Source: Vitrella brassicaformis CCMP3155
Taxonomy: Eukaryota > Protista > Chromerida
Length of the DNA: 64,000 bases
Direction: 5' to 3'
Assembly: GCA_001179505.1 (NCBI GenBank)
Contig: CDMY01000490.1
Span: 3,027-67,026, forward strand
Shown here one piece after another: positions 24,688 through 37,830 of this stretch. The position numbers and the translations under genes are program-made. The notes beneath the pieces were generated by a model that saw only the letters and a list, made by a program, of their open reading frames with translations, was not told the origin of the DNA and did not search any database. Positions within the stretch are counted from its first letter, which is position 1; every line of letters starts with the position of its first letter.

Positions 24688-25597
24688 ATGGTTGACGAGA
24701 CTGTGACATTGCCCCAGCCGCCGGCAGAGGTGGCCGAGTCGCCCTTCATTCTCCTCTGCAACGAGTGGATCCGATACACATCAGAGGCCTTCATGGCCAG
24801 GCAACAACAGCAGCAGCAGCAACAAACAGACAGTAAGTCAAATCCTGGCGCTGCCGCTGACGGCACCACCGACGGGCGGCCAGTTGCGGCGGGAGCGGGC
24901 GAGGGGTCTTCCTCTTCATCGTCACCATCATCCTTATCGTCAGCTGATGTTGATGGTGTCATGGTGGCCTTGGAAGAGATGGGCTTCATGCTGGGAGGGA
25001 AGATCGTCGAGAGGTGGGGCTCGTGTAAGGCAAGGCAAGGCAGGAGCAGACAGAACAGAGATGGATTGTGGCTCGCTGTTGCATCGCCTTGTGCGTGTGT
25101 GTATGGTTGTGTGTTTGGTTGTTGTCTTGTTGTGTGATGTGTGACGTGTGATATGGTTGTCTGTCAGGTTGACGGCGTCGCGTTCCCGTCTGCAGGACGA
25201 GAAGGACATTGTCAAGTTCATCTGCAAGGACCTCTGGAACTACCTCTTCCACAAGCAGGCCGACCGACTGCAGACCAACCGCAGGGTGGGTGGGGCAACA
25301 GACCACACACAGCACAGCACAGCACAGCCTTCCATCCTGCCTGCCCTCTCTGTCTGACCTCTCGATTCGCTCGCACGTCAGGGCGGTTATGTGATCCAGG
25401 ACAACACCCTCCGGTGGTTGCGCCATATGCCGCCGATGCCCGACACGGCTCCGCCCCACAAGCGGCCGATGGCGCCCGTGTCGGTCATCTGCGGCATCAT
25501 CAGGGGCGCCCTCACCCACCTGGGGCTGTCCGCCAGTGTGTCGGCCAGCGTGGCGGAGCCGCCCTGTTGCAGCTTCTCCATCAAGATTCCGTCATGA
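24688..25597 (+). CDS. TRAPPC6: TRAPP complex subunit Trs33/TRAPPC6, 3 exons
   Basis: LEEMGFMLGGKIVER-LT...DEKDIVKFICKDLWNYLFHKQADRLQTNRR-GGYVIQDN...CGIIRGALTHLG...CSFSIKI. Confidence 0.93.
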
Positions 25598-25610
25598 TGC
25601 GCCGTCCGTC

Positions 25611-25746
25611 CACTGATGTAGATGTTGAGGGGGTCTGGGCGGAGGGGTTACACACAGACGGTGACTGCATTGCAACGGAACAGTGAGAGAACGGGTCTGT
25701 GCTTTTTCGGTGTGGATGGATGTTGACAGGCAACTGATGGATAAGT
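25611..25746. repeat. About 140-bp direct repeat, copy 1 (TRAPPC6 3' flank)
   Basis: CACTGATGTAGATGTTG...CAACGGAACAGTGAG...GGGTCTGTGCTTTTTCGGTGTG...GATGGATAAGT recurs with indels at 27296-27448. Confidence 0.85.
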
Positions 25747-25825
25747 GTTGCATGTTAGGGTGCGTGTTTTCATGCTGGACACAGACCGACACGGGAGTTG
25801 GCCGTCAAGCCGCCTAGGGTGCTCC

Positions 25826-26824
25826 ATGAAACTGCTGCCTGAGCTGCAGAAGACATACATGCTTTTTGCGTTGTCTGTGTTGCTGAAACTAGCTCTTGTG
25901 GCCAGCGCCCTTGGCCGCAGAGTGCACACGCCTGCGTTCGCTCCGTTGTCTGTGAGAGGCCCGATCTTGTTTCAGGCTCGGGGCAGAGGGAACGCTGGCC
26001 GACCGCAAGCGCTCAATGCCCAGTGGCTCACAGGCTTTGTGGAAGAAGTGAAAAAGCTGTTGCCTTCTCACGCAGGATCTCATCATTCACAGTGTGAGAT
26101 GACGAAGAAACCACAAGAAATCATGTGTGTGTGTGTGTGTGAGGTGCAGCCTCTACTGCGCCTGAAGCCGTGGACACAGCCCTCGACGTGCTGGATTCTG
26201 ACGCAGAAGCTCTGTTTCCCCCTTCCCCGCAGCGTGGCCCGCTGCCGAAGCTGACACTGTCGGATGCCTTCCTCGATCAGTGGGAGTATTGGCACGGAGA
26301 CTGGACTCTCGGCTGGAAGTACACACACGCGCGCGCGCACACACACGCACTCGCCAAGCCAAGCCAGCCACCGTATGTGTGTCTCCACCGTGTGTGTCAT
26401 CATGTCTGTCAACAGGAAGGCCTTCTCATTCAAGGGCGAGCAGGACGACATGAACCTGCTCTACTTCGTGTGGCCCCTCTTGATGGAGGTGATGCGGCTC
26501 AGCGGCGGGCGCATCCGCATCTGGCTTGAGCACGACCCATTCGGCCACCGCTTCAAGCACTTCATGATCGAAAAAGACGGAGAAGAGGCCGACCCCTCAG
26601 GCGGCCACCTTTTTCATCTTGTCTTCGGCAGAGACCCCAGTGTGACGGCGCGGGACTCCATCGAGAAGCAGCTTGCCGCTATGGACCTCCCTTACGGCGC
26701 AACCACGAGAGGCACCACCACCTGGTACTTCTTCAAGCACCACCGCAGCAGCGGTGAGGTCGAGAAGATCAAGAGGTTCTTCCTCCCCGACGAGCCACAG
26801 GAGGTGGTCGACTTCCTCGTCTGA
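25826..26824 (+). CDS. Hypothetical protein with bipartite (signal + transit) leader, likely plastid-targeted, 3 exons
   Basis: MLFALSVLLKLALVASA hydrophobic signal, then a basic, acid-free LGRRVHTPAFAPLSVRG...GRPQALNA segment. The mature region is W/F-rich. Confidence 0.7.
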
Positions 26825-27295
26825 TGTCTCAACCAGGGCGAGAAGGAGACCCGAGAGAGGGAGGAGGGAGATGAAGAAAGAAACAAACGGAACAAGGACA
26901 AACAAGGCGGCCCTGACGAGGGCCTGCATACCATCCAGGAAGAGGCAGGCCTCGAGAGGGAGCTAGAGCACCAGCCAGGCGACTGGCGGACAGACGGGAG
27001 GCAGGGAGGGAGAGAGGGAGGGGATAGAGGCACAGAGGGGGGTCGGTCAGATGTCTGAATCAGTGAGTGCAGCATAAACAAACTGGTAGGCATATGTGTG
27101 TGTGTGCATCTCGCTGCTGGCAGTGAGATGCAGTGCAATCAGCCTCTGTCTTTTTGCGTAGGTGCGTGATTCGCTGTTCAGACAGAGGCTGGCTGCCTGG
27201 TGTGTTGTGGTTTTTGTGTGTCAGCGTGACAGACAATTGCTTGGCTTAGTTGCTGCTGGTTTGTTCGTTGACACACGATGCGCCGTCGGTGCACT

Positions 27296-27448
27296 CACTG
27301 ATGTAGATGTTGGGGGGGGTCTGGGCGGAGGGGTTACATACCATGCAGACGGTGATCGATTGCATCACAACGGAACAGTGAGGGAACGGGTCTGTGCTTT
27401 TTCGGTGTGCTTATTCGGTGTGGGTGTTGACAGGCAATGATGGATAAG
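27296..27448. repeat. About 150-bp direct repeat, copy 2
   Basis: Diverged copy of 25611-25746. Confidence 0.85.
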
Positions 27449-27996
27449 TCAGTCAGTCAGTGAGTGAAATGGACGGAGTGCTCTGCTCCCAGCTAACTTT
27501 ACAGATGTGGCTGGCTGCTCTGTGAGTCAGTCGTTGGAGAGAGGCAGGCAGGGAAGCGGGTATTACCTCCTGCCTCCCTGCCTACCTTGCCNNNNNNNNN
27601 NNNNNNNNNNNNNNNNNNNNNNNNNNNNNNNNNNNNNNNNNNNNNNNNNNNNNNNNNNNNNNNNNNNNNNNNNNNNNNNNNNNNNNNNNNNNNNNNNNNN
27701 NNNNNNNNNNNNNNNNNNNNNNNNNNNNNNNNNNNNNNNNNNNNNNNNNNNNNNNNNNNNNNNNNNNNNNNNNNNNNNNNNNNNNNNNNNNNNNNNNNNN
27801 NNNNNNNNNNNNNNNNNNNNNNNNNNNNNNNNNNNNNNNNNNNNNNNNNNNNNNNNNNNNNNNNNNNNNNNNNNNNNNNNNNNNNNNNNNNCCTCCTGCC
27901 TCCCTGCCTACCTTGCCCCGCCATGTCACAGAGCAGCCAGCCACAGCCACACACATGGCGGCCAGACATGTGTGAAGGTACCTACCTACCTGTGCA

Positions 27997-29249
27997 TCAT
28001 GACCTGTGGACCTTGAACGAATGCTGACCACACAGACAGCAACCAACAGCAATCACACAACGCAACGCATCCATCCATCCATCCATCCCATGCCCGTGTC
28101 GGGTACGTGTGTGTGTGTGTGTCTTACCGAAAGGTTATAGATGCCTACGGAGAGGTCCTTGTTCTGATATCAATACATCAATCACACGAGAGAACCCGCA
28201 CGCACACACGCACGAATGAATGAATGAATGAAGGAATCGCTGACGGAACGAGTCACAATCGTTGCTGACTGACCCACGCCACGCACCTCATCGTAGTCGC
28301 ACCACTCCGTGTTGTCGAACTCGATATCCTGATAGACACACACACAGTGTCACACATTCAGATTTGGCACACGCTGCCTGCGTGTCGGTGAGGGCGTGTG
28401 CTGTGCGGGACCTGGAATACTTTGCCGCCGGTGCTCTTGACGGTATAGCCGCCCTGAGGATGCCACACCACCGGCTCAACACTGACACCAACCAACCAAC
28501 ACCCATGATTCAACGCACGTGAATCGAAGCCGTCTGCTGGCTGGCTGGCCTGGCCTGGCGTGGCGTACCCTCTGCATTCGAATGCGACGATGGGCACCTC
28601 CTTGCCCGAGTCATCGGCCGTGTAGTCGCGCGTCACACCCTTGATCTGATTGATGCACACACAGATGAGAGAGATGCATCCATCGATGGAATGAAATGCA
28701 TACAGCCCAAGACAGGCAGACGGGCCATTTTAGTGAGTGATTCCCTCCCTCCCTCACGTGTTGGACATTCATGCTGGACTGGCTCTTGCCGCCCCACCGA
28801 ACCACAAAGTTGCACGTGCTGAAAGAAAGAGTGACGCATATGCAGGCAGCACTTTGAATGAAAGCGACAGACATCTGTTCGCTCATCGATTGGCCCACCC
28901 TCGGCTGCCCGCCATCTCGAACTCATCTGCAGTCAGCGTAACACACATACACGCACAAGCGGCTGGAATGGGCGGGCCTGGACGCTTGCTTCATTTGCAG
29001 TGTCTGGGCTGACCTAGTGGGTTGACGGTGATGCGCTCCCGCATCTCCTCGCCGCTCGACTGCTTCACTGCACATCAAAGCGAGAGGCAGGTGAAGCAGC
29101 ACACATCTGCATGGATGGATGGATGGATAAGGATTGCTTTGTGTTCCATCAGTGCGCCCACCGTCGAGGCACCAGATGTGCTCCCTCGGGACGGAGAAGC
29201 TCTCGACGTTCTCAAGGTCAGCTTTGATGCAGAGCATTATCACCACCAT
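27997..29249 (-). CDS. DUF866 family protein (C1orf123/CZIB-like), multi-exon
   Basis: MVVIMLCIKADLENVE..., [53 protein letters not shown] and SVGIYNLS-HSFKV match the DUF866 pattern (L..KA.LEN; FECRG.EP; W..YDE; SVGI). Confidence 0.88.
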
Positions 29250-29284
29250 ACTTGACGGTGGCACTGGGCCGCAGCAGCCTCTAG

Positions 29285-29305
29285 AGGGTCTAGGGTCTAG
29301 GGTTT
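29285..29305 (-). promoter_or_regulatory. Telo-box-like motif (AAACCCTA + ACCCTAG x2) in the DUF866/SRP14 divergent promoter
   Basis: Minus strand reads AAACCCTAGACCCTAGACCCT, about 35-55 nt upstream of the ATG at 29249. Confidence 0.4.
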
Positions 29306-29554
29306 GCTCTCTTAGCTCGCAAAATTGACCAAAGGCAAGCGGAGAAACGACACCCAACCAACCTTCCCGATGCCGTGACGATGGAAGACTGAGATCTGGT
29401 GCGCAAAGGTCGCTGTGTCACTCACGAATGAAGTGAGTGAGCACTTGATCTTCTCGAGTGTTGTGTGGCGTGGTGCAGGCCCATCAAATCGCGCATCCTC
29501 CCTTCACTTACCACCCATCCCCCTTCATCCGGTCCATCTATCTATCTATCGGCG

Positions 29555-30049
29555 ATGCCCCAGTTCATCGATGAAGAGGCCTTCCTTGTGGAGCTCGGCA
29601 AGCTCTATGCCAAGACACGCACACAGGGCAGCGTGTGGCTGTGGTGCAAACAGCACTTCGAGAACGTCCAGCACAAGAAGCGCAAGCCCGTCGACCCGGA
29701 GGCCCTCGCCATGGCGCCGCCCTCATGCATCATCCGCGCATCGGACGGCTCCCGGACCATCTCGTGCATCGTGCCCAGCGAGAGGGTGGGTCCGTTCTCG
29801 GCGAGCGTCAACAACGTGATGCGATACAACTTCGACGGCCTCAAGAGGGCGGCGGGTGGGAAGGGAGCCAAGAAGGTCAATGAGAAGAAGAAAAAACGGA
29901 AGCGCGGGAGCGGCGGGAGGAAGGCCAGGGAGAGGGGCAAGGCTAAGGACGGCAAGAAGGAGGGCCAGGGAGAGGACAACAATGGCAAAGGGGGGGGAGA
30001 GGGAGAAAGAGAGGGAGAGGGCGCGGGAGAGGGGGAGGCCAACCAGTGA
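29555..30049 (+). CDS. SRP14: Signal recognition particle 14 kDa subunit, intronless, with basic C-terminal tail
   Basis: EAFLVELGKLYAKTRTQGSVWLWCKQ...CIIRASDGSRTISCIV...MRYNFDGLKR. Confidence 0.9.
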   Translation: MPQFIDEEAFLVELGKLYAKTRTQGSVWLWCKQHFENVQHKKRKPVDPEALAMAPPSCIIRASDGSRTISCIVPSERVGPFSASVNNVMRYNFDGLKRAAGGKGAKKVNEKKKKRKRGSGGRKARERGKAKDGKKEGQGEDNNGKGGGEGEREGEGAGEGEANQ

Positions 30050-30326
30050 AGCGAGCGAGTGCTTGAGAAGCAGGTAGCAAGGATGTGTGGCCGTCTGGTT
30101 GGCTTGCTTGCGTGGCTGTCCATCAATGAGATGACCCATTCATGGATTGAATACGTGAATGAATCGATCGATGAATGAATGAATGACTTGCTCGCTGGTC
30201 CTTCAGTGACTGACTGACAGTGCAATGCCGCACTCACATGAAACCACACCAGACCAACAGGCCGCTCTCGCACATCCGATCCGCTCACACACAAACCATT
30301 TCACATTCATCCATCCATTCATTCAG

Positions 30327-31550
30327 CTACGTGCCTCTCATCATCCGCCCTCTCGGTGGTGGAGGCGCCTCAGGGTCGTTGGCAAGCCTCTCGACGAACT
30401 TGTCTTGGTTGAATGTGAGCAGCTCCTGTTGCGGCGCCGGCAGCAGCGAGGCCACCCCGTCCCAGTAGCTCGATGGCGGGATGAGGTTGAACAGCAGCTT
30501 GGCGAGGAACTTGACGGGCCGCGACTGCACCAGAAACACCAGCGGCACGCACATAAGGAACAGACGGCGCTTCTGCTCCTCGCTGGGTGTGCTGCCCGAC
30601 GATGATCCCCCAGAAGGGCCGAACCGCCACAGCACCAGCAGTAGGGCCGCCAGGCGAATGGTCGACGCCCAGTGGATGTCCAGATTCAGCTGCACAAACC
30701 GATGCAGCCGCCCTTGCAGCGATCGGGGCCGCCTGGGGTAGTGCACCACTGCTTCTGGGAAGGCCTGGAGGGGCGGGGGAGCGGTGGGATGGTCGGTGCT
30801 CTCGCCTTCTTCATTCTGCTGGCTGCCCTCAGGACTTGTGGGCGGTCTTGCCTTCTTCTGCTTGGTCATGTGTTGCTGCTCCATAGCTTCCTCGAGAGCA
30901 CGATAGGTGTCGCGAAAACGGGCGATGAGCATGACGCCTGACGACTCGTCGCCCTTTAGCTCATCCCCCAGACCATCGGTGTCCGACACGTCCTCTCCAC
31001 TGTCAGCACCGCTGGCCCGCCGCCACAGTGCGGCATAGTACTGCAGGGCAGCCAGGTGAGCCGACAACGCAGCCCGCTTCTCCTCCTCGTTCATCTTCGA
31101 CACCACCATCTTGCCTTGTGTCTGATCGACGGGCGGCACCATGTCCAGCAGCACCGTGGCAGGCTCGTCCGCTGACAGGTCGTCAATCACATCCGCGAGG
31201 TCCATGTCGTCATCCTTCAGGGCCTGGCTGCCCACAAACAGCCGCTGGAGTGTCGCAGGCGGTTTCCCGGGGTAGCTCTGTTCGATGGCTGCCTTGAGGG
31301 ACCGGACCAACGTGTCGTGAGGGGACAGGGTGATCAGCTGCTTGTGATCCAGATATCGGCTGCCGGACGCTGTCGTCACGACCAGACGCACATCGGCCGC
31401 CAGGGAGCAGCGGAACAGGAAAGCGGAGACGGTGCAGAGGAACACGCGAAGCGCGGGGAAGGGTATAGCACTCCTGGATGAGCAAGATGCGCCGCAGCGT
31501 GGATCTGCAGCAGCATCGCCATTATGGATCCACCCATTTATCGTCGGCAT
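30327..31550 (-). CDS. Ubiquitin-like domain membrane protein (HERP/HERPUD-like layout), intronless
   Basis: Ubl fold motifs VRSLKAAIEQSYPGKPPATLQRLFVGSQALKDD, two C-terminal hydrophobic segments (IRLAALLLVLWRF; RLFLMCVPLVFLVQ), and an N-terminal hydrophobic stretch before the Ubl. Confidence 0.7.
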   Translation of the reverse strand: MPTINGWIHNGDAAADPRCGASCSSRSAIPFPALRVFLCTVSAFLFRCSLAADVRLVVTTASGSRYLDHKQLITLSPHDTLVRSLKAAIEQSYPGKPPATLQRLFVGSQALKDDDMDLADVIDDLSADEPATVLLDMVPPVDQTQGKMVVSKMNEEEKRAALSAHLAALQYYAALWRRASGADSGEDVSDTDGLGDELKGDESSGVMLIARFRDTYRALEEAMEQQHMTKQKKARPPTSPEGSQQNEEGESTDHPTAPPPLQAFPEAVVHYPRRPRSLQGRLHRFVQLNLDIHWASTIRLAALLLVLWRFGPSGGSSSGSTPSEEQKRRLFLMCVPLVFLVQSRPVKFLAKLLFNLIPPSSYWDGVASLLPAPQQELLTFNQDKFVERLANDPEAPPPPRGRMMRGT

Positions 31551-31856
31551 GGGGGGCGTCAGAATCAATGCAGCTGGCTCAATTGTGCCATAGATCCACG
31601 ATGGAAGGGAAGGGCCTCTGGGCGACAGAACCGCTGCGAGCTTGAAAACGATCCACAATGCGAGCTCAGCCTGCAGCTGCTCGTCGAGAAGAAGACTCGC
31701 CACGGTCACAACCCGCGCGGGACGGTATCCTGAAGCAGATCCAGCAAACAGGCGAGTCGAGTGTCGACGTCAACAAGACTCTTGAACCTTCCCTCGCGTC
31801 TTGATCCCGTCCAGGCATCCATCCATTTGGCTGCTCTGCCCAGCGCGACAGCCGAG

Positions 31857-33213
31857 ATGGGTCGTAACGCGAAGGTGACCCGCACGCTGGATTACCAGCG
31901 GCAGAAGAAGGCCCTCAAGGGCAAACCATGGAAGGTCTCGCGCCACAAGGAGGCACGGCAGCAGCTCAAGGCACGACTCAAGGCAGAAAAGGGTAAACAA
32001 AAAGCAGACAGACAGACAGACAGACAGACAGACATCTCTCTGGGGCGCATTCGGATGCATATGAGTACAAATCAATCGTCTCTCCTGGTCTCGCTCGTTT
32101 GTCATGCACTGTCATGTATTGTATATGTATGCAGTGTCCGCCCAAGATATGGAGGTGGAGCACGGACCTGACAACCCTGTGGCGGCAACACCAGCACCAG
32201 CACCAACACCAACGTCAGCAGCAGCAGCAGCCGCTGCTACCCCACCAGAGAAGCAGAGCAAGAAGGTCTCCTCAAGTGGTCCGCATCGCCACTTCTTCAT
32301 CCCCGTCACGGAGAGGTCGGCCGACAGCCGCAAGTTTGACCCATCACACCCATACAAACAGGTGGGTGCCGGGGAATGACTAGATAGAAGGGGAGAGGGC
32401 CACACGAACGTTGGCTGCGTGTGTCGTCCGTCAGTGCAATGACATCTTGGCTGGTTGCTTCACGGCCTCGGTGTGTCTGTCCTTCGGCGTCCGCGACAAC
32501 GCCGACATCACAATGGTCTTTGGCGATGAGACCGAGGACAGGCGGCCGTCACTCACTCTCAAGCTCGACAACAAGTTCTACAGCGCACTCAGGGACCGGA
32601 ACAAACGCGCCACAGAGCAGGTGTGTGCGGCTGGACGTGACCGTCCATCTTATGTGTGATTTCTCCATGTGTGTGTGTGTGTGGCCGTGCAGGCAGTGAT
32701 ATCTCTGATGCGCGAGGCCCTCACTGCCAGTGAGTCCCCTGTCAAGGGCGCGACGGTCGAGCGGCTGCCGGGGAGTGCGTCCTTCAAGGCCGTCTTCCAG
32801 CGGTTTGTGCGGGCGATAGATCCGGAGGGCACAGAGGGGAAGCTGTTGGTGGTCTTGAAGGAGGGAGGGGAGCCGATGCTCACATGGCTGGGGCGGGTGC
32901 AGCGGGGCGGCATGACCATCGGCAGCAAGTGGCCGCACCTCATTGTGCTCCTCGGCGCCCAACACGACGTGCCGCCAGAGGAGATGCAGGTGGGTGTGTC
33001 ATGGCATACACACATGTGACATCAACGAAACGGGTGGGACGGGAAGGCTTCGCATCCATCTCTCGTGTGTGTGTGTATCAACAGGCGATTCGTGAGGTGT
33101 GTGTGAGTGAGAGGATTGACGTGCAGCCGTTGTCGCTCGGTCCCATGGCGATGCACGCAAAGGACTGCATCACTGTCTTCCAAAACTACCTGGACGTCGA
33201 CCTGCAGACGTAG
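31857..33213 (+). CDS. trmY: TrmY-like SPOUT methyltransferase (tRNA pseudouridine-54 N1-methyltransferase / DUF358 family) with basic N-terminal extension, 5 exons
   Basis: Phase-compatible GT-AG splicing gives DILAGCFTASVCLSFGVRDN, AVISLMREAL...VKGATVE, VVLKEGGEP, IVLLGAQHD and LSLGPMAMHAKDCITVFQNYLD. These parallel the TrmY motifs D.L.RC...A..LSH..R, IKKAL..PG..V, LH..G, F.LGDH.G and ISLGP..LHA..CI...H..LD. Confidence 0.8.
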
Positions 33214-33531
33214 ATAGATGTCCAGACACACAGATGTGACAGACGGACGGACGGACGGACGGGTGGATTGGATCGAGTCTGGCTTAACGTATGCCATAGC
33301 CTTTTCGTGTGATGCGCCGTCGATGTGATGACTGGCCGGATGAATGGCAAATGCATTTGATCGTCTCTCTCTCGCGTAAGTTATGTATACGATGAATGTC
33401 ATTTGCACATTCACACGCACAGCACATGACGTCATGTCACGTCAGGTCACGTCACACGCGGTCGCTGCGCTGCACTGCACTGCACTGCACACACACTCGC
33501 ATCTATCTACATCATAGCTGAGTCCAATCAA

Positions 33532-36266
<2,735 letters not shown>

Positions 36267-36365
36267 CAGATCGGCATCGTCACATCTGCGGACATAAATC
36301 TGCCGCATGCACGATCAGAGAGCAGCAAGGCATCAGTGCTTTGTCGGCGTCTATGCGGTCGGCCT

Positions 36366-36615
36366 ACCTCTGTCGAGTTTCTCTGTGCGGAGCAGCCTGA
36401 ACCATCGATCACCACAGATATCGTTCATAGAATCTCTGAAGGCGGTCCCTTTGTGCCACCTCACCCGGATCTCTGCAGGTTGTCGATGAGCTCTCGATGT
36501 GTATTGCCGTGACACCGCCACGCCATGGTTGCTCAGTGACACTCACACAAGAGCAAGATGAATCACCTCGACGCTACGTGCTGGCGATGAGCTCGATTTG
36601 ATGGATAATGCGCAG
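36366..36615 (-). repeat. Inverted partial duplicate of the PCMT1 promoter, exon 1, intron 1 and exon 2 (source 6263-6560)
   Basis: The reverse complement matches CTGCGCATTATCCATCAAATCGAGCTC...ATGGCGTGGCGGTGTCACGGC...GCTGCTCCGCAC...GACAGAGGT. Confidence 0.92.
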
Positions 36616-37074
36616 ATCACTATGCTGTATGCACTAATGCGCAGGTGCGCTTCACACCTGGTTCACGAAGAATATCTGTCGTTGCCACTGACCGGTAGTC
36701 AGTTCCGATCGCGATGGTTCTGAGCCCCCTTTGAGCTCGCATTTCGCCGTCGGCATTGCAAAAGAGCTCTTTCCGAGTCTCTGTGACCAGCAGTGCCCTT
36801 CATTCAACCGAACTCTCGTCCCTCTGTCATCGCGGCGCTCACTTGTGAGCCCAACGACGGTCCGACCGTGATTAACCGTCTCGGCTGCTCGTCAAGCCCT
36901 TTTCCGCCGCCAATTCGAATTCGTTGTTCTGCCTTACCAGGAGGCCTGCTGTGCTGATATCGGCCGTCCCAACACCGCCACTGAGCCGCTCGTCGAGTCC
37001 CCAGCGGCCGATTCGTCCGTCGTCCGTCTCATATTCCGTCTGGTCTGACCATTGACGGCCTCTGCCCACCACCG

Positions 37075-37830
37075 ATGACGCCGTACAACCTCAACTCGAC
37101 GGCCATGCAGAGCAGCACCACCATGTCTCACGCCCCCCACTGCTCCAACGGCTTCCCCCAGGGCTACGGATCATATGAGGGTCAGCAGAAACTGCAGCTA
37201 TGGAGCCGCCGCGTCCGGCCACTCTGCTCCAACCACACGAACCACCCCCTAGCCGAGCCCACCCCGACGCACGGCCAAGACCGCATCGCACGGAAGAGTG
37301 CCCAGCTCGGCTGTGTGAAGGAGACGGGCCGTGTGGGCGGGCGGGTGAGCGGAGGGAGCGACGACTCGACGCAGCTGCCGCCATCCCGTCACGACAGCGA
37401 CCGCAGTGTCGGTGGCGGGGTGGATGCGCAGCAGTATCAGGGAGAGGTGGGGGTGGGGGTGGGGATGGGGAGGGGTGTGTTGGGTTTGGGAGGGGCTGTG
37501 TACTCATACCAGCCACATGTGGTGGCATATCGCCCGGAGGCGCCGTGCCCCATCATGCCGGCTGCATGTGCTGCCGCCCGCCACGTGTCAGGTACACAAA
37601 CACCAAATGGACGAACATTCAGGGGTCCGTGTCAATGTGGTTTATGTGTGTGTTGTCCATTAGGTTTCTCTCACCACCACCACCAGCAGGCCAACTACGG
37701 CGACTGCGACTGCTGCGACTTGTGTGCGGCGGTGTGCGACCTGGTCGAGGGCATCGGGGACTGCGTGGTGTCCACCGTCGAGGGTCTCATCGACCGCCTT
37801 AAGTGGTTCTTCATCTCGATCGACAACTAA
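37075..37830 (+). CDS. Hypothetical protein with Cys-rich amphipathic C-terminus, 2 exons
   Basis: A phase-1 intron (about 37591-37662) joins to GFSHHHHQQANYGDCDCCDLCAAVCDLVEGIGDCVVSTVEGLIDRLKWFFISIDN*. The coding part is much better conserved in the duplicate than the flanks are. Confidence 0.6.
   Translation: MTPYNLNSTAMQSSTTMSHAPHCSNGFPQGYGSYEGQQKLQLWSRRVRPLCSNHTNHPLAEPTPTHGQDRIARKSAQLGCVKETGRVGGRVSGGSDDSTQLPPSRHDSDRSVGGGVDAQQYQGEVGVGVGMGRGVLGLGGAVYSYQPHVVAYRPEAPCPIMPAACAAARHVSGTQTPNGRTFRGPCQCGLCVCCPLGFSHHHHQQANYGDCDCCDLCAAVCDLVEGIGDCVVSTVEGLIDRLKWFFISIDN

Noticed and set aside
27560-27920. CCTCCTGCCTCCCTGCCTACCTTGCC repeated on both sides of a gap
   Set aside because: Most simply an unmerged contig overlap or a collapsed tandem repeat.
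36368-36526. In-frame PCMT1-TTLL1 fusion protein
   Set aside because: The copied exon 2 ends in phase 1, but the two available acceptors are phase 0 and phase 2 relative to TTLL1, so the product is a uORF rather than a fusion.
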